Shown here piece after piece: positions 26,490 to 40,147 of a DNA stretch of 64,000 nt. Position 1 is the stretch's first letter, and each line of letters opens with the position of its first letter. Source of the DNA: Ruditapes philippinarum. Taxonomy: Eukaryota. Both the position numbers and the translations under genes were made by a program. The stretch lies in the NCBI RefSeq assembly GCF_026571515.1, contig NW_026864466.1, positions 1 to 64,000 of the forward strand, given 5' to 3'. The notes beneath the pieces were generated by a model. That model was given only the letters and a program-made list of their open reading frames with translations. It made no database searches and had not been told where the DNA came from.

Positions 26490-29400
26490 ATGGGGTCGTG
26501 TTTTAGTCGTGTGAATAAAAACAAATTATTGGCTGATGAGGAAGTAAGTCATGATAATGCAAAACGGCCGACTTCACCGTCACAAGTCACAATGGCTGAC
26601 AAAACACACGAAAGGTAAGGACAAAAATTTGATTACCTTTGAATTAGTTAATAATTACAGAAGTCTAAACAGTAAATGCTGGATGAGTTGATATGTATGT
26701 TCACACAAATTTTGCGAATGTCAAAAATTGATTTTTTTTGCGTGCGGAAATATTTGCGAAAGTATGATATCTTGAACTTAATACTGTTTTAATATCATTA
26801 ATTGGGCAGCTACAGGTTAAGAATAGTTTAATACCTTTATTATTTATAACATTAATTGAAATATACATTCTAAGTATGATAAAGGACTTCTTTATCATAT
26901 TTTGAAACATTTTTTTTGTTATATGAATAAACTTTTATGTCATTAACACATATATTTTTTTCATTAAAACATTTGTGATTTGTTAAGACCAAACTTAAAC
27001 TAACAAGCAATGAGAAAAAATAATCTCAGTACCTGAACAATCAAACTTATTTACGAAAGATGCTGTATACGTATGAAAACGTGTTTTCAAGTGATAGAAA
27101 AAAGTTTGCCTTAAAAGAAATAAATTTTGCGCAATCACATATTTGCGAATAATTTCAATTCACAGCAATCGCAAATATTTCCACGTCGCAAAACCAACCA
27201 CTAACACATTAAGTTACGAAAATATTTATCTTAAATGGGGACAAAAATATTTAATTTATTCGACCCATTTTGTCCCTATATCCTGAATAATACAAGAAAT
27301 AAGTGAATCTTTGAGAAGTGCTTGCATTTTTGTCCCTATATATATATTACATTTAGGTTGTCACTCATGTGTTACTAATTTCTTTTTGCGCGATCTTACC
27401 GTCTTTTCCCTTTTCGGTTACTTTTCTGAAGTAACCATCGTAAGCATTTTGAAACAAATAGTCGTTTCATACATGTATTAATTGCGACAAAGGGCATCGA
27501 GACACATTTGTACAAAGAACAAAGAAACTGGGTCGTCCAATTTGTAGACTTGGCTGAAATATTGTTTATCATTATCGCCCTTTAAGAATACATGCAAAAG
27601 TAAATTTAAACAAAGTTCATTGGTTTTATTAAAGATTTACAATGTGTAAAAGCAAAATTATTTGTGAATTTCACATTTTGCAGGACAATACTATTAACTT
27701 AATGATTTACAAATGCAAATGATAATACATTTTTGTGTAACATGACTGTATCTCAAGATATCAATGACCTTGCTCTGTTGCATATCCGGTGATAGATAAG
27801 CCTACATTTTAAAGGATGGATGTTTTTCGATTTATTCCATAATCAAAATGTGTTTACAGAGAAAAGGCCTACAAAAATGAAGTGAAAAGCCTGGAAAAGC
27901 AACTGAAGGACCTTGGAACACAGAGACAGGAACAAGTTTTAAAGTAATGATATCTTTTTCCATTAGTTTATATGTTTAAGAAAATGAAAGAATTATTAAA
28001 AATGTATTGATTGTAGTGTAATAAGATTCCAAGAGATGCATTTTAGAATAAGGATATATTACAGAAATGGCATTAATCTTGGTTACTATTAATGTTGTTA
28101 ATACATGTATCATATTAAGTTCTTCACGCCATTCCGGTTTTTTTCACGCCAGATTTTACTTTGAATATTACAAAGTTCAAAAACATGCACACAACTGTTA
28201 AAAGTTTAAATTTGAAAGAATACTTTAATTCCTAAACATGCACCCCTTAAACCGAGTACGTGTCACTACCATGCTTTCGAAGGTCGACATTTTTACTTAC
28301 CTATGCCTTTACTTTGCTAGGAGGGGCACTTTCGGTCTTGCTTTAAAATCGCCATATCACTTCAAAAGCATCATTCTGGCTTTCAAGCGAACAACATTAT
28401 TTGTGTTTGGTCTAAATAACAAATTAAAGGCCTACTATTTTTTTTTGTTTATGACTCTCAATTTATGAATAAGGACATATTTGTTTTAATCTCTTTAATA
28501 ACTTGATAACACGATAAATTATTAACCTGAATTTAAAGAACACATGATGATTCATAAATGGAAACACGAGCGCGTGTTTGTTCACAATTGTAATTAGATT
28601 TCAGATCTGTATAATTTTTCGTAAATTTTAAAACAATTTCTTGGGAACGCAATCTAAATGGTAAAACCGTTGTTATCTTTTGTAACTGTATATTTGCAGA
28701 ATTAACTTTTCATACCATGACATATGCATAACCTTATACATCTTGTCTTGTGTTTAAAGAGAGTTTCTGCTGAAAGTGCATGAAGTTTTGCTTCTTAATT
28801 CTGTGGAATAATATGTTTTGTTATTTATTTATTTATTTATTTAAGACATGAAAATGAACGCAAGGCACTTGATAAAACGATTTCAAAGCAAAGAGAACAG
28901 ATTCGTGAACTGAAAGAGGAAAATGAAACGCTCTTGACGAGGTAAAATATATTGTGATCATTCTTTCAATCTAAACTACGGATAAATCTGCTTACTCACT
29001 AGTTCTCACTAGTTCTATCATCAGTAATCCAACGTTAGGGTTATATCATTTTATTGACAACAGAGTCAGGTCACCTATGTAATATCAATCTACGATATAT
29101 ATGTATTGTTCAGTTTGAATATAATTATATTTCATTGTAACAGTTATGTTTTCCGAAACTTTGTAATACTAGAAAGAAACTGGTTGCAAAATAAAAAAAC
29201 AACAATTTAACATTTTTTTCCCAAAAATTTTAGACTAATTACATAATCACCATTCCAATGTATCTCCTTTCTTGTTTATCACATTGACAGATTCGTAGTT
29301 TGCCTTAATATATAAGATCAGCCATTGAAATAATATTCGTTTGCTTTTAGTTTTTGATCGGATAATAATTATATTAGATGAAAAAACTTTTTGTACCAGT

Positions 29401-32072
29401 TTAACAACGTGATTAAAAATATTAAAGTTCATAAAAATGTAAGAATGAAGGGTATTTTATATAAGAGGAAAGGACATAATAAATAAAAAGGGCAATGTCT
29501 TAATGATATATGTTTTTTCCAGACTTAGTGCTATTGCTAGCGCTAAGCTTACAGACGGGAATCCTAATATTGCAGACTTGAGTGATGTTAACAGACCTAC
29601 AAAACTAGCTGAACAATATTCAGAACTTTATGACAATGAATGGACTGACGCCTTTGGTGTAATAAATGGTGGGCAAACGGAAGAAGATGCATGCCGTATT
29701 CTTTTAGACATGTTTTATGTAAGAATAAAAACTTTGTTTAATTCAATAAATACACAAAAACGAGAAAAAACGAAGAAAGTTAATTTTGTGTTCAATATTA
29801 GTGAATATAATTATTATTTTAATGTGTTCATTTTATATTGTTTTGCAGGTCATTTACAGAGCTTGTATCAAAAAAGCCGATGAAGATCGGGATACAGTGA
29901 CAGATGCCATAAAGCATTTTCTCAATGTAAGGAAATACCTGTTTGTGTCTAATAACTAAATATATTGTTGATCGAAATTATGTCGTTGCCACTTTTGTCT
30001 GCATTTATTACAAGATTAATTTAACCTTTTACCCCATGAGCATATTGAGAAAAATGGCCGTTTTCATTGAAAAGCCTCCTGTAACAAGTTCAAACTGCTA
30101 TGAAACTATGAACAATGCTTCAATACTGATGAAACTTGGCACAAATGTTGACTAGACCATGGCTTCTGTAACAGCATGCTCAGTCGTACATTTCCTGTTA
30201 CAATGGCAACCGGGGGACGTCTCAAAATTGCTAAAAATCACTATTTTGCATTGTTTTTGTCCATCAAAACTGATTTCAAAGTGCTGCAACTCTCTCAATG
30301 AATTGTGAAAGAGTAAAAGGCTTACAGTGTCGGTTGCTTATCACCCTAAGATCGACATGAGGCCATTTTCATTCTGTCACATGTCCAAAATTTACTTGGC
30401 GATTAGGGGCACTACCGCCCCCCTTTAAACTCCACAAACAGAAGGGGGCACATCCCCCTTCTGGCAACCCCCTGATGACTCTTTTTTGTTGGGGTGCGCG
30501 GAAAAAGTGGTCAGTTTTTTAACAACATTTCTCAAACGGAAAACAGTGTTTGGGGTCTAATTAGGGAATTTTTTCACTGTTTGAGGCCTCAAAAAAGGGG
30601 GGGAAGCCGTCAAAACACGTCTATATCAGGGAAAAGGTTAAGATACATACCCTACAACTGACATCAAAATTGTTATTCTTCAAGAAAATATGGAAACGTT
30701 TGAATACGTTTCTTTTGTCATTCTTATGTTAGTCATTTAAAGTATTTATTTAATGTAAATATACATAATATCAACTCTCAGTGTTGCCGTTTTTATGTTC
30801 ATGTCATTTAACGCAAACTTCTGTATAGTATTGGAAACAGGACCGTTATTTAAATTAAACATAACGTTTCCATGATCTTTATTTTTAGGGGCAGCAGCCG
30901 CCGGTCGAGTTATTAAAACAACTGAAAGACCAAAGAAAGAAAAATACTGCAGTACACAAATCTATTATTAAACAGGTATTTACATAAAAACCAATGTGAG
31001 CGTATTTTAATATTTAATTTGGCAAAAGGAAACAATGTGATTAAACTTTAAAAGTTTTACTTAAATTGTGTTTTTTGCGGCTAAGAGGATCGGTGATTGA
31101 AAAAAAAAAACTTTTGAAAAATTTGTTTTTACCAGTTATGCTGACTAAATATTTAATTATAGAAAACAGTGCTTGCATTTGCTAAAATGACTAGAGACGT
31201 ATACTTGTACTTGTGACTATATTTATAATATCATTTATTTTCAGGAAATAAAAGAAAAAATAAAACGTACTTTACCCGAAAAAGAACTCCGAAAAGACCA
31301 ACATGTTAAACGATTTTTGAACAAGAGTATAGGTTTGTGTTGGCGTATGGCAGTTCAGGATCCACCTGTCGTTGTTGATGTAAATATTGATCGATCTGAT
31401 GAACTGCATGATAGTACTTTGTACAAGCCTTATACAAAATCGGGTATTTACATAGACTACATAGTATGGCCAGTATTATACTTGCACGAAAATGGAAACA
31501 TTTTATTTAAAGGCATTGCTCAGTGTAAGGGTAAAAGCAGCAAAAACAGTAGAGTTCATTCTCTAATAACAACAAGAAGAAGAAAGGGACACGATAATCA
31601 TTATAACAAAAACAACGAGATGTTCTATCAATCGGAAACTTCAGCTCCTTCTACGACAGAGCCTGATGTAAAATCCGTAATCGAGAAACATGACGAGGAA
31701 TGCATCGACAATGAAGGCAATCAGATTTTGGACGACGAAAAATCAAACAGTATCAAATCAAAAAGGAAATCATTAAGTGGCAAGGTTAAACAAATGTTTA
31801 CTAATTTGGAAAAAACATCAAGCAATGTCAAACCTTATCAAGATAATAGGACAGAAGTCTCTCATTTACCATCGGAGACTAGTAATCTCGTAGAATCAAA
31901 GGAACACACTGACGACGTTGAAACATTGATATCAACAAGAACAATGCAAGATGGCAAAATCACGAATAACAACATACTTACAAAGGACGATCCTACAAGC
32001 GATGAGAAAATAACAAAAGAACAAATGGTGAAAAACGACACAATGAATAACTTAAACCAAGTAGTATGCTAA
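26490..32072 (+). CDS. MIEAP/SPATA18-like domain protein, paralogue B (~497 aa, intact)
   Basis: Exons 26490-26614, 27860-27943, 28846-28941, 29523-29718, 29849-29926, 30889-30975, 31245-32072 join in frame (1494 nt). N-terminus MGSCFSR; core NPNIADLSDVNRPTKLAEQYSELYDNEWTDAF; CWRMAVQDPP...YKPYTKSG..IDYIVWPVLYLHENGNILFKGIAQ. Confidence 0.9.
30025..30637. mobile_element. piggyBac-type MITE in gene B intron 5
   Basis: TTAA on both sides (30021-24, 30638-41); termini CCTTTTACCC...GGGAAAAGG; absent from the same intron of A; a second copy is at 34585-35214. Confidence 0.85.
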
Positions 32073-33333
32073 GTGCATGTGCTAAATTAATATAAAATTG
32101 AACTGAGGGGCTATTTAGGAGCAATGCGGTAAAATTCTGAAGTTGATATTTCAAAAAACGTATATACTGTTTATATACGCTTTGTCACAAAAAAGAAAAC
32201 AATGAATGTAACTGGTATAAGCTGTGACTTATAAACGTTAATTATAAAAAGATATATACTTAATGTCACAAGAAAAGAAAACAACATATTCAAGCAAAAG
32301 CACATGTTAACTGCAATAAATATCTCGTCGTCCATGGTTTTACCAACGCGTCTTCATTTCTTTGCAGTAAATTGTGATACACTGTATATTGGTACACTCA
32401 TATTGGTCAACGGTTTAAACCTTTCTTAAGATAGCAACATAGTATTTTATTTTGTCCCAGAATGGTTTATTATGTTTACGTAAACTATTCATGTTTTTTT
32501 TAATAAAAGAGACATTCGCTGTTAAAACTATTTCGGGAATCGACTTGAAGGTAATTAAAAACACTATAGAATAATCACAACTTATGATGTGTCCGGGGTG
32601 TAACAGACGAATCGTAAAATAAGATTTTTGCGTATTCATTATTTTATTTAATTGCATGAATCATCAATGAATGTTTTAAGACAAGGAATACACGTACATA
32701 AAATATATAAATTCATTTTGTTTCCACCTTTATGTGCTATAATGACTGTGCTATATTTTGTGTATTACGCCAATATTTTCATCCACAAAATATAATTCAT
32801 TCTTTCTGATTTTTGTTTCTGGTCAACATTGAAAAAAAATTGTTCATGTTAAAAATCCTGTAACACAATTTTTAAGGATTCATATCATTAATATGATGCT
32901 CAAATTAAGATTTATCAATATTGTAAGTTCCAAAAAGCATTCTTTATAAAGATATTACCAAATATAATATTTCATGTAAATACAGGGAGGTAGTTAGAAA
33001 TTTATTTTCTATAAAGTCCGGATCAAATTGTTTAATAAGAAATGAATGCATATACATTAATGCTTACATATAATGCACACAAATATTTGCAATACATATT
33101 TTACAAATTCTCCGATGGTTGAAAATTGTTTTATAAGCATAATTATACACTCAAATAATGTTTCACTTAACAACCTCAATCACAACATACAGGATCTTTA
33201 ATTGTTGTTCTTTTATGTCATGTAAAACATGTTGTTGTTTTTTTTTGTTTTTGTTTTTCTTTTGTTGTTTTTTTGTTGTTTTTTTTTTTGTTTTTTTTGT
33301 TTTTTTGTTATTTTTTGGGGGTTTTTTTGTATA

Positions 33334-33456
33334 GAAATGAAGTGTGTAAATGAAGTTACGAATCTAGAAAAACGAATACAGAACATTGAATAACTGTACC
33401 ATGACAAAGATAAAGAGATAAGTTATCTGAACAAAACTATTGAAAACAGAAAATAA
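33334..33456 (+). pseudogene. Orphan relic of the coiled-coil exon of the MIEAP-like family
   Basis: EMKCVNEVTNLEKRIQNIE*LYHDKDKEISYL aligns without gaps to A exon 2 EKMYKNEVKKLEKQLMDLEKLTIDKDKEIITL; in-frame TAA at 33391. Confidence 0.72.
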
Positions 33457-34026
33457 GAAGAGATTATGAATTTGAATATTTCCGTCCAAGTTAAAAACAC
33501 TAAAATACTACGAAATATATATATATACATATGGATTTACAATATCTAAAAATGTTAATGATTCTTGAGTATTTTGTGAGAACAGAGTAGATTTATTAAG
33601 ATACAAATTTCACAATTATATATATATACAATTCAGTCTTTGTATTTATAATTGTGTATATATTTTTTGAATATACCATAGAATATTACCATTCAAATAA
33701 TTAGTTTTTTTTTCTAGAAATATATCAGTGTGATAGACATAATCAGATGACTGTTCATATACATCCGACATCAGATTTAATCATGCTATTTGTACTATTT
33801 ATGTAGCTAAGTTTAAACACAGTGAGTCATTATGCCATGAAACATTCTTTTGCAGAAATCTCAAATGAAATTCTCGCAAATTACCCCATTGAAATTTTCA
33901 ACAGCAACAAAATAAAAATGCCGAATCTTTGTATCCCTTATGTGTACTACTTTTTAAGCTACCATGTCTTAAATCTTATTCAGCAATGTTTCGGATGTAA
34001 AGAAATATTTTTTTTTTATATTTTAA

Positions 34027-34566
34027 TAGGGATGGCAGCAAATACCGAAACTAATACTCGAGTACTCGATTATCTTTCCGATCTCGGATCGATGATTTCC
34101 AATGACCTTCAAAGTTTCCACCGTCTGCATACTACTTTCATTTTCTATTTATATTCATAGAATTCGTAACTATAAATTGGACTGCAAGGGAGGTAAATTA
34201 GAATAACCAATAAACAAACTTATTAAATCAACACTATATCTTACGTTTCAATTAAATTGAATGCACAATTTATATTTACGGTAATTAAATATCATCTCAA
34301 AGAGGTGTTCAATTCCATGCGCGTGTCAAACTGTTGATCGCTTCGATATCATTTTCGCAATGTTTTGATTGCAAATAGGTATTTATCAAGATACATGTAC
34401 ACTCTGAATTTCTGAACTAATTGTGTACACTCTTTCTAAATCGCAAAGAAATAGAAAAAAATACATTTTTTTTTCCGAGTAATTGAATACTAGTATCACT
34501 TTTGTTAACCGATATTCAGACGTTCGATCGAGTACTCGGTTAATCGGTTACTCGTTGCCATCTCTA
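34027..34566. mobile_element. hAT-type MITE
   Basis: TIRs TAGGGATGGCA / TGCCATCTCTA; 8-bp TSD TATTTTAA / TATTCTAA (7 of 8); subterminal GAGTACTCG motifs. Confidence 0.82.
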
Positions 34567-34584
34567 TATTCTAATTGTATTTAA

Positions 34585-35214
34585 CCCTTTCCCCCATAAG
34601 CATATTGTGAAAAAATGGCCATTTTCACTGAAAAGCCTCCACTTACAAGTTCAAACTGCTATGAAACTATGAAAAATGCTTCAATACTAATCAAACTTGG
34701 CACAAATGTTGACTGGACCATTGCCGTTGTAACGACATGCTCAGTCTTAAATTTCCTGCTACCATGGCAACGAGGGGACATCTCAAAATTGCCAAAAATC
34801 ACTATTTTGCCTCGATTTTTTCCATCAAAATTTATTTCAAAGTGCTGCAACTTCTCAAAGGATTGAGATAGAGTCAAAGGCTTTTCAGCGTTGGTTACAC
34901 GTTACCTTATGATCGACCTGGAGTCATTTTTAGCCTCTCACAAGTCCAAAATTTTCTTGGCGATGAGGGGGACCCCGCCCCCCTTCAAACCCCCCTAAAC
35001 AGAAGGGGGCACATCCCCCTTCTGGCAACCCCCTGATGTATCTTTTGGATGGGGGGGGGGGGTGGGCGCCGAAAAAGTGCTCACTTTTTTAGCAACATTT
35101 CTCAAACGAAAACATGTGTTTGGGGCCAAAATAAGACCTTTTTCACTATTTCAGGCCTAAAAAAGGGGGGGGGGGTCGAAAGTGCGTAGTTTCGCGTATA
35201 TATGAGGTAAAGGG
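34585..35214. mobile_element. piggyBac-type MITE, second copy
   Basis: TTAA-CCCTTT...AAAGGG-TTAA; similar along its whole length to 30025-30637. Confidence 0.87.
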
Positions 35215-37489
35215 TTAAAGGGTGAGGAAAAATGTTAAAACTTTCGTCTTAATTTGTCCATAAATTCTGGATAACATACAAGAAAAAAGTGAATGTTCGC
35301 AATGTGCTTGTATTCATATCTCTATAAGTTTATTACATTTAAATTGTCATAGATGCGTAAATCCATAGTTATAGTTATGGGTAAATTGTTGAAAAATTGA
35401 GATAATGTTCGCTGTTTTAAAATTCAAAATGTTTAAAAGCAAAACTCCCTATTTGTGTGTATTTCACATTTTATATGAAATTAACTCAATGCAGTATATT
35501 TACAGTTTTGCCCCAGTTTTTTCTCCAATCAGAGATGCCTAATTCAGTTCAAATTTGAAAAATAATAGCCCATAAAATAATCTGTTTGAAAAAATAAGTG
35601 ACCTTTTTTCTCTGATATGAAGAGCGCGAGACATGTGGTATGTGGGCGAATTATGCAAAATAGGTAGAATAACATATGGCATTATGAACTAAAGACAATA
35701 CGAGCATAATTGTGAAAATGTAACAAACTAATTCAACTTTATTTAAAAAGAAAAATATCAAATAAAATGAACTACATGTACGATCTTTCATTGAATTAGA
35801 TTTCAATAACAATCGGGTTGCGTGTTGCTATTTTCAACCCATTCTCGCCATAGTTACACTAATGGCCCGTAGTGTCCTCAGGTACAGCATTCCGTTGTTT
35901 CCTTTTAATACAGAGGCTTCTCAAATCGACATTTAAAAAGAAATTCAACGTGTGATATTCTACCCAAAAATAAAAATTATTTCATTCAAAACGTTTTCAT
36001 TTCACATTATTACATACTTATTGCTATTTTCGAACTGGTTACGTTGTAAATGGAAATTACCAATTAACGCTTTAAATATAAAATTTAAGAACATAGGCCC
36101 AGTGCCATTTTTTTCATGTTTGTTTGTTCGAGTTCGATGTCTTTTTATTGTTTCCATCGTCATAAGTTATGTCAATAGTTAGAAGTTGCGTCACGGTGAC
36201 TTCATTATTACCCTGTAAATTGCACTCCTCAAAAATGCTGCTTGTATATAAAGTCTTCATCTTCCAATAAATTAAAATCACATGGACTTAGAACAAACAA
36301 TTTTCAATGTTCTATAATGGGCTATATACTATACTTAATCTAATTATAGTATATAGCCCATCTATAGCATTAAGAATAGTTTGTTTCAAGTACGTACCTG
36401 TGATTAAAATGTGCTCCGCTAACCATTGTTTACTTGCATTGAATTTACACTTGTTTTGAACTGTGCATGTAGACAAAAAACTCACGACAACTTGATTGAC
36501 AGGCAATCGACATCCTTTTGGGCGATAGTTGAATACTGTATAATCACAATTAGGATATGCTGATCCGTCTTTTGACGTCTTGTCTGTGATATGCAGGCTT
36601 TATAACCTCAGATCCCCTTACAAAATTCCATTTTATTAGTTCCGCCCATTGTTTTCTCGTTTAGGGCACATGCATTCTTTTACTTTGGGACCATACGCCG
36701 CTTTTCATGGAATGAAACTGCTATGTCACATTGAAGGTTCCATGACAACCGCCGTATGAACACATATGCAGATGTTTCTAAATTCAAAATTTAACCATTT
36801 TTGTATTTAAATGTTGAATTCTGCTTAAGCCGGTTGTAGGAGGCGTGGTCGGTAACTTGCACTTTCCAGTACCGTCCATGAACAGGCTCAATCAAACCCG
36901 AGCCTGCAACATTTTACAATTTTGCCGTGTTGGGCTTTCTTTAAGGATTCTGTTTTTCTCTATTTCAGAGGGTATTGCCGACGTGCGTACGTGACTGTAA
37001 GCAAGTTATTGATCTAGTTTAAATCTAATAGAACTTATTGGTACTTTCGCGTAAAACGTTAATACTTCGTTGTTGTCCACCATTATACGATAATGGTATG
37101 GAGCAACTATACATAAACATCTAAATAATTAATAAAAATATGATTAATAGTCTTGAACTAAGACATTTGTTTCTTTCCTCGTTCCGTTTTTTGATAGGTT
37201 TTAAACCAGACCAACTTTAAACGGTAGAAGATTCTAGGTGCCGACCCGTGCAATGCAATATACCATGCACGAATGGGAACCTTGATAGAAATACAAACCT
37301 GAATATATTAGTTTCTTCCGATATGAAGAAATGTAAATGAATTGTTTATATTTTCATTTCTTTTTTTTTCAAAGAAAAAACGTGCTGTCTCTTGTCTTTT
37401 CAATCGATTTTAAATTTAAGTTAGTTAGTTAAGTCTTTAGGTGATGTATGCTCGATCCATGTGAATAATTGCTCTTGTAACCTATCTAA

Positions 37490-37870
37490 ATCTAATTTTC
37501 AAATTTATAATTTAGCGGAAACAATAAGAATTCACCACAACACACCTTTACACAGATCTACATGCAGTTGTTTTCGCTGTGGTGCTGTTTCCGTTAGACT
37601 CGAAGGTGGAAGATATGAAAACTTTAGTCAAGAAAACCATTCTTGTCCATTTTGTGTAATAATGTTGAATCAGAAACTCATGTTATCTTACAGTTGTCAC
37701 TTGATGATGATTTCAAATGTAACTTTATTCAGAAGGCGACAGCTTTAGAACAAGTCAGATAATGATACACTCGTTTATCTGTTTACACATACCTCCTTAA
37801 TTAGAATGTGTGCCAAAACCTGTGTCGATATTCCTAATAGACGTAAACATAATCTTTGTAAATAATATTA
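37490..37870 (+). mobile_element. 3' fragment of a CR1/L2-type LINE ORF2
   Basis: Degenerate FRCGAVSVRLEGGRYEN...CPFC / NVESETHVIL ... LIRMCAKTC, the C-terminal zinc-knuckle-like region typical of such LINEs. Confidence 0.65.
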
Positions 37871-37978
37871 TATGTTATTTTGGTTTTGGAGTGATATATG
37901 TGGATATATTACCTGCTAAGATTTTATATCACCCGAGCCGTTATCCACATATATCACTCCAAAACCAAAATAATGATT

Positions 37979-38459
37979 TTATTACCCTTCCCCTGCCGAG
38001 TTTAGACGATTTTTTTAAAAAATCATTGTTGTTTCAAATGAAACGTCGAAATAAGATTCCCTTTAGGGTACCCCTTCATCACAACATGACGTCATAAAAA
38101 TACATGACGTATTTTTTCCCGTACCTAACGAATGTAAACAAGAGAAAAGGAGTAGTCTATTGAACGCACTTTTTTGTAATTAATATCAAGCTTTCACAGG
38201 GTCATATTTGTTTTCAATACTGATAAGAATATGTATCATTACTTTTTACTTTGGTAAATATTTATCATTCGACAGTTAAAAGGTGCTTGTAAATCGGAAG
38301 TTACATCGGGTAAAATCGAACCGTACGCGCATCACCTCAGCGCGGGTACCCAACGGGGAAATTTAGTGTGTATATTACCCGTCTGGCTCGGTAATATCAA
38401 TTTCTTTCGGGTGATCAATAACCAATCAAAAAGGCGGAAAAAATCTGGAAGGGTAATAA
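37979..38459. mobile_element. TIR-bounded MITE-like element
   Basis: 13-bp perfect terminal inverted repeat TTATTACCCTTCC / GGAAGGGTAATAA. Confidence 0.65.
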
Positions 38460-40147
38460 TATAATATATGTTTTTTTTTTTTTAAAATAAGGAGTAAATG
38501 CTTATCACTTAACTTATTTTTTAAGTCAGTTCGCTGTTTTTAAATCCAACCTTTTTTAGACATAAGTGCCCCTGTTTTAACTACAAGGTCGTATGCGTAC
38601 TGCTTTATTCTTACCTTTGTTTTCCATACGATTTGCAACTGTTTCTTAGTATTATGTTAATTGTCTGTATTTGTTATAAAATGCTATATATTTGTATGTA
38701 CTTTACACATTTGTGGTCTTTTGTTATTCTGTATATCATGACTATATACATATTCTTATGATATTTTTTATGTTCTATTATAATTTTTGTATCATGTATA
38801 TAGATGAGACTTTGATAATAAATAAATAAATAATATTTGTAAGCAAAAAAACATATATCAATATTTGTCAAAGTAGGGATCTATCAATGATCTTACGATC
38901 TCTTTCGATTCGCACAAGGTGTTGTGACTAAACTACCTCATTTATCAAAATGTGTTAACACTTCCAAGAAATGAAAAGTAATGCTTTCTATTTTCAAAGA
39001 ATAAACTATAACGAGAATTTACGGAAATTCTTTGTAAGTTACTATTTTCGAAATGTAACGTAATGTGGCATTTAGTAGAAAATTGTATATATTAAGTAAC
39101 CTGTTTTTACATAAAAAAGCTTTGTCTTTTATCTTTTGGATTTATGCGATTCTTTCCATAAGTTTATATTGTGTGAAGTCCGCAGAATTAAGTTTGAAGT
39201 TTCTGACAATCAAGTGGCTATATTTAGCAAAATAAAACAGCGCTACACCGAAGGCGCAAGTTTAAATAGAAAAAAAATTAATGGGTAGATAAAGCTATAG
39301 TCTTCATCCAGGTGTATCGGAAAACAGTGCTTTTACATTTGCCAATAGAGCGTTAAACTTTATGAATTAATAACCGGTTTAACATTTTAAGAATTGAACG
39401 CCAATTTACTTCCGCCTTTACGATTCAGGTAAGAAATATGTTTTGAAATATTCTTATACAATATAATCATACATATATTATTTGTGGTAAATAATTTAAA
39501 AAATGATTTGATAGTTGTGTTTATTTATAACTGAGATTTAGTTATTCTTTATTTCCTGTCGTTTTTAAAAAATCAGCCATTTTCCTTTTAGACATCCTAA
39601 TTTAGTTCCTTGTTCAAAGCGAAAATAAACCATTTATATTTAATAAACACTTTTCAAGGAATAATATGGTTTTACATAGAATATAGCAGTATTTCTTTGT
39701 ATGTATTTATTTTTGAATTTAAAATATTTCTAACTTATTATTTATTAATTCGTCATCGGAAATCGAAACGGATTTTTAAACGATTGGAGTGGCGAATTAC
39801 ACATGACTTATAAATATTCCCAAACTTATAACAGTGGGGAAAAACCTAAAACGAACACACGGAGTGTAAATCTATGTTTTCTCTAAAAATATGTTGTAAA
39901 TGACGATGGAAATATTGTTAATTAATTTATCAATTGTGTAAAGCGGCATAATAAAATCGATTGTTCTTTGTTTGTTTATCTGTAATTAAAAGTAAATCTA
40001 AACATGTTTGTTAACACATGTGACGTACATCTTCAATTTAGCTATCATAACTAATTATTTACAGATGATACAAAATTATCAATTGGTATAAGACATGGAC
40101 ATTTAGAAGTAATGTGAGACCGTCAGTAATTACATGCTACGCACAAA

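Larger units (their letters stand above)
19354..32240 (+). repeat. Segmental duplication, copy 2 (mariner + truncated C1q + MIEAP-like gene B)
   Basis: Colinear with 1-12010 apart from copy-specific insertions and deletions. Confidence 0.9.

Noticed and set aside
34615-34877. Overlapping ORFs on both strands (also 29943-30155)
   Set aside because: They lie inside the non-coding piggyBac-type MITE and show no recognisable protein motif.
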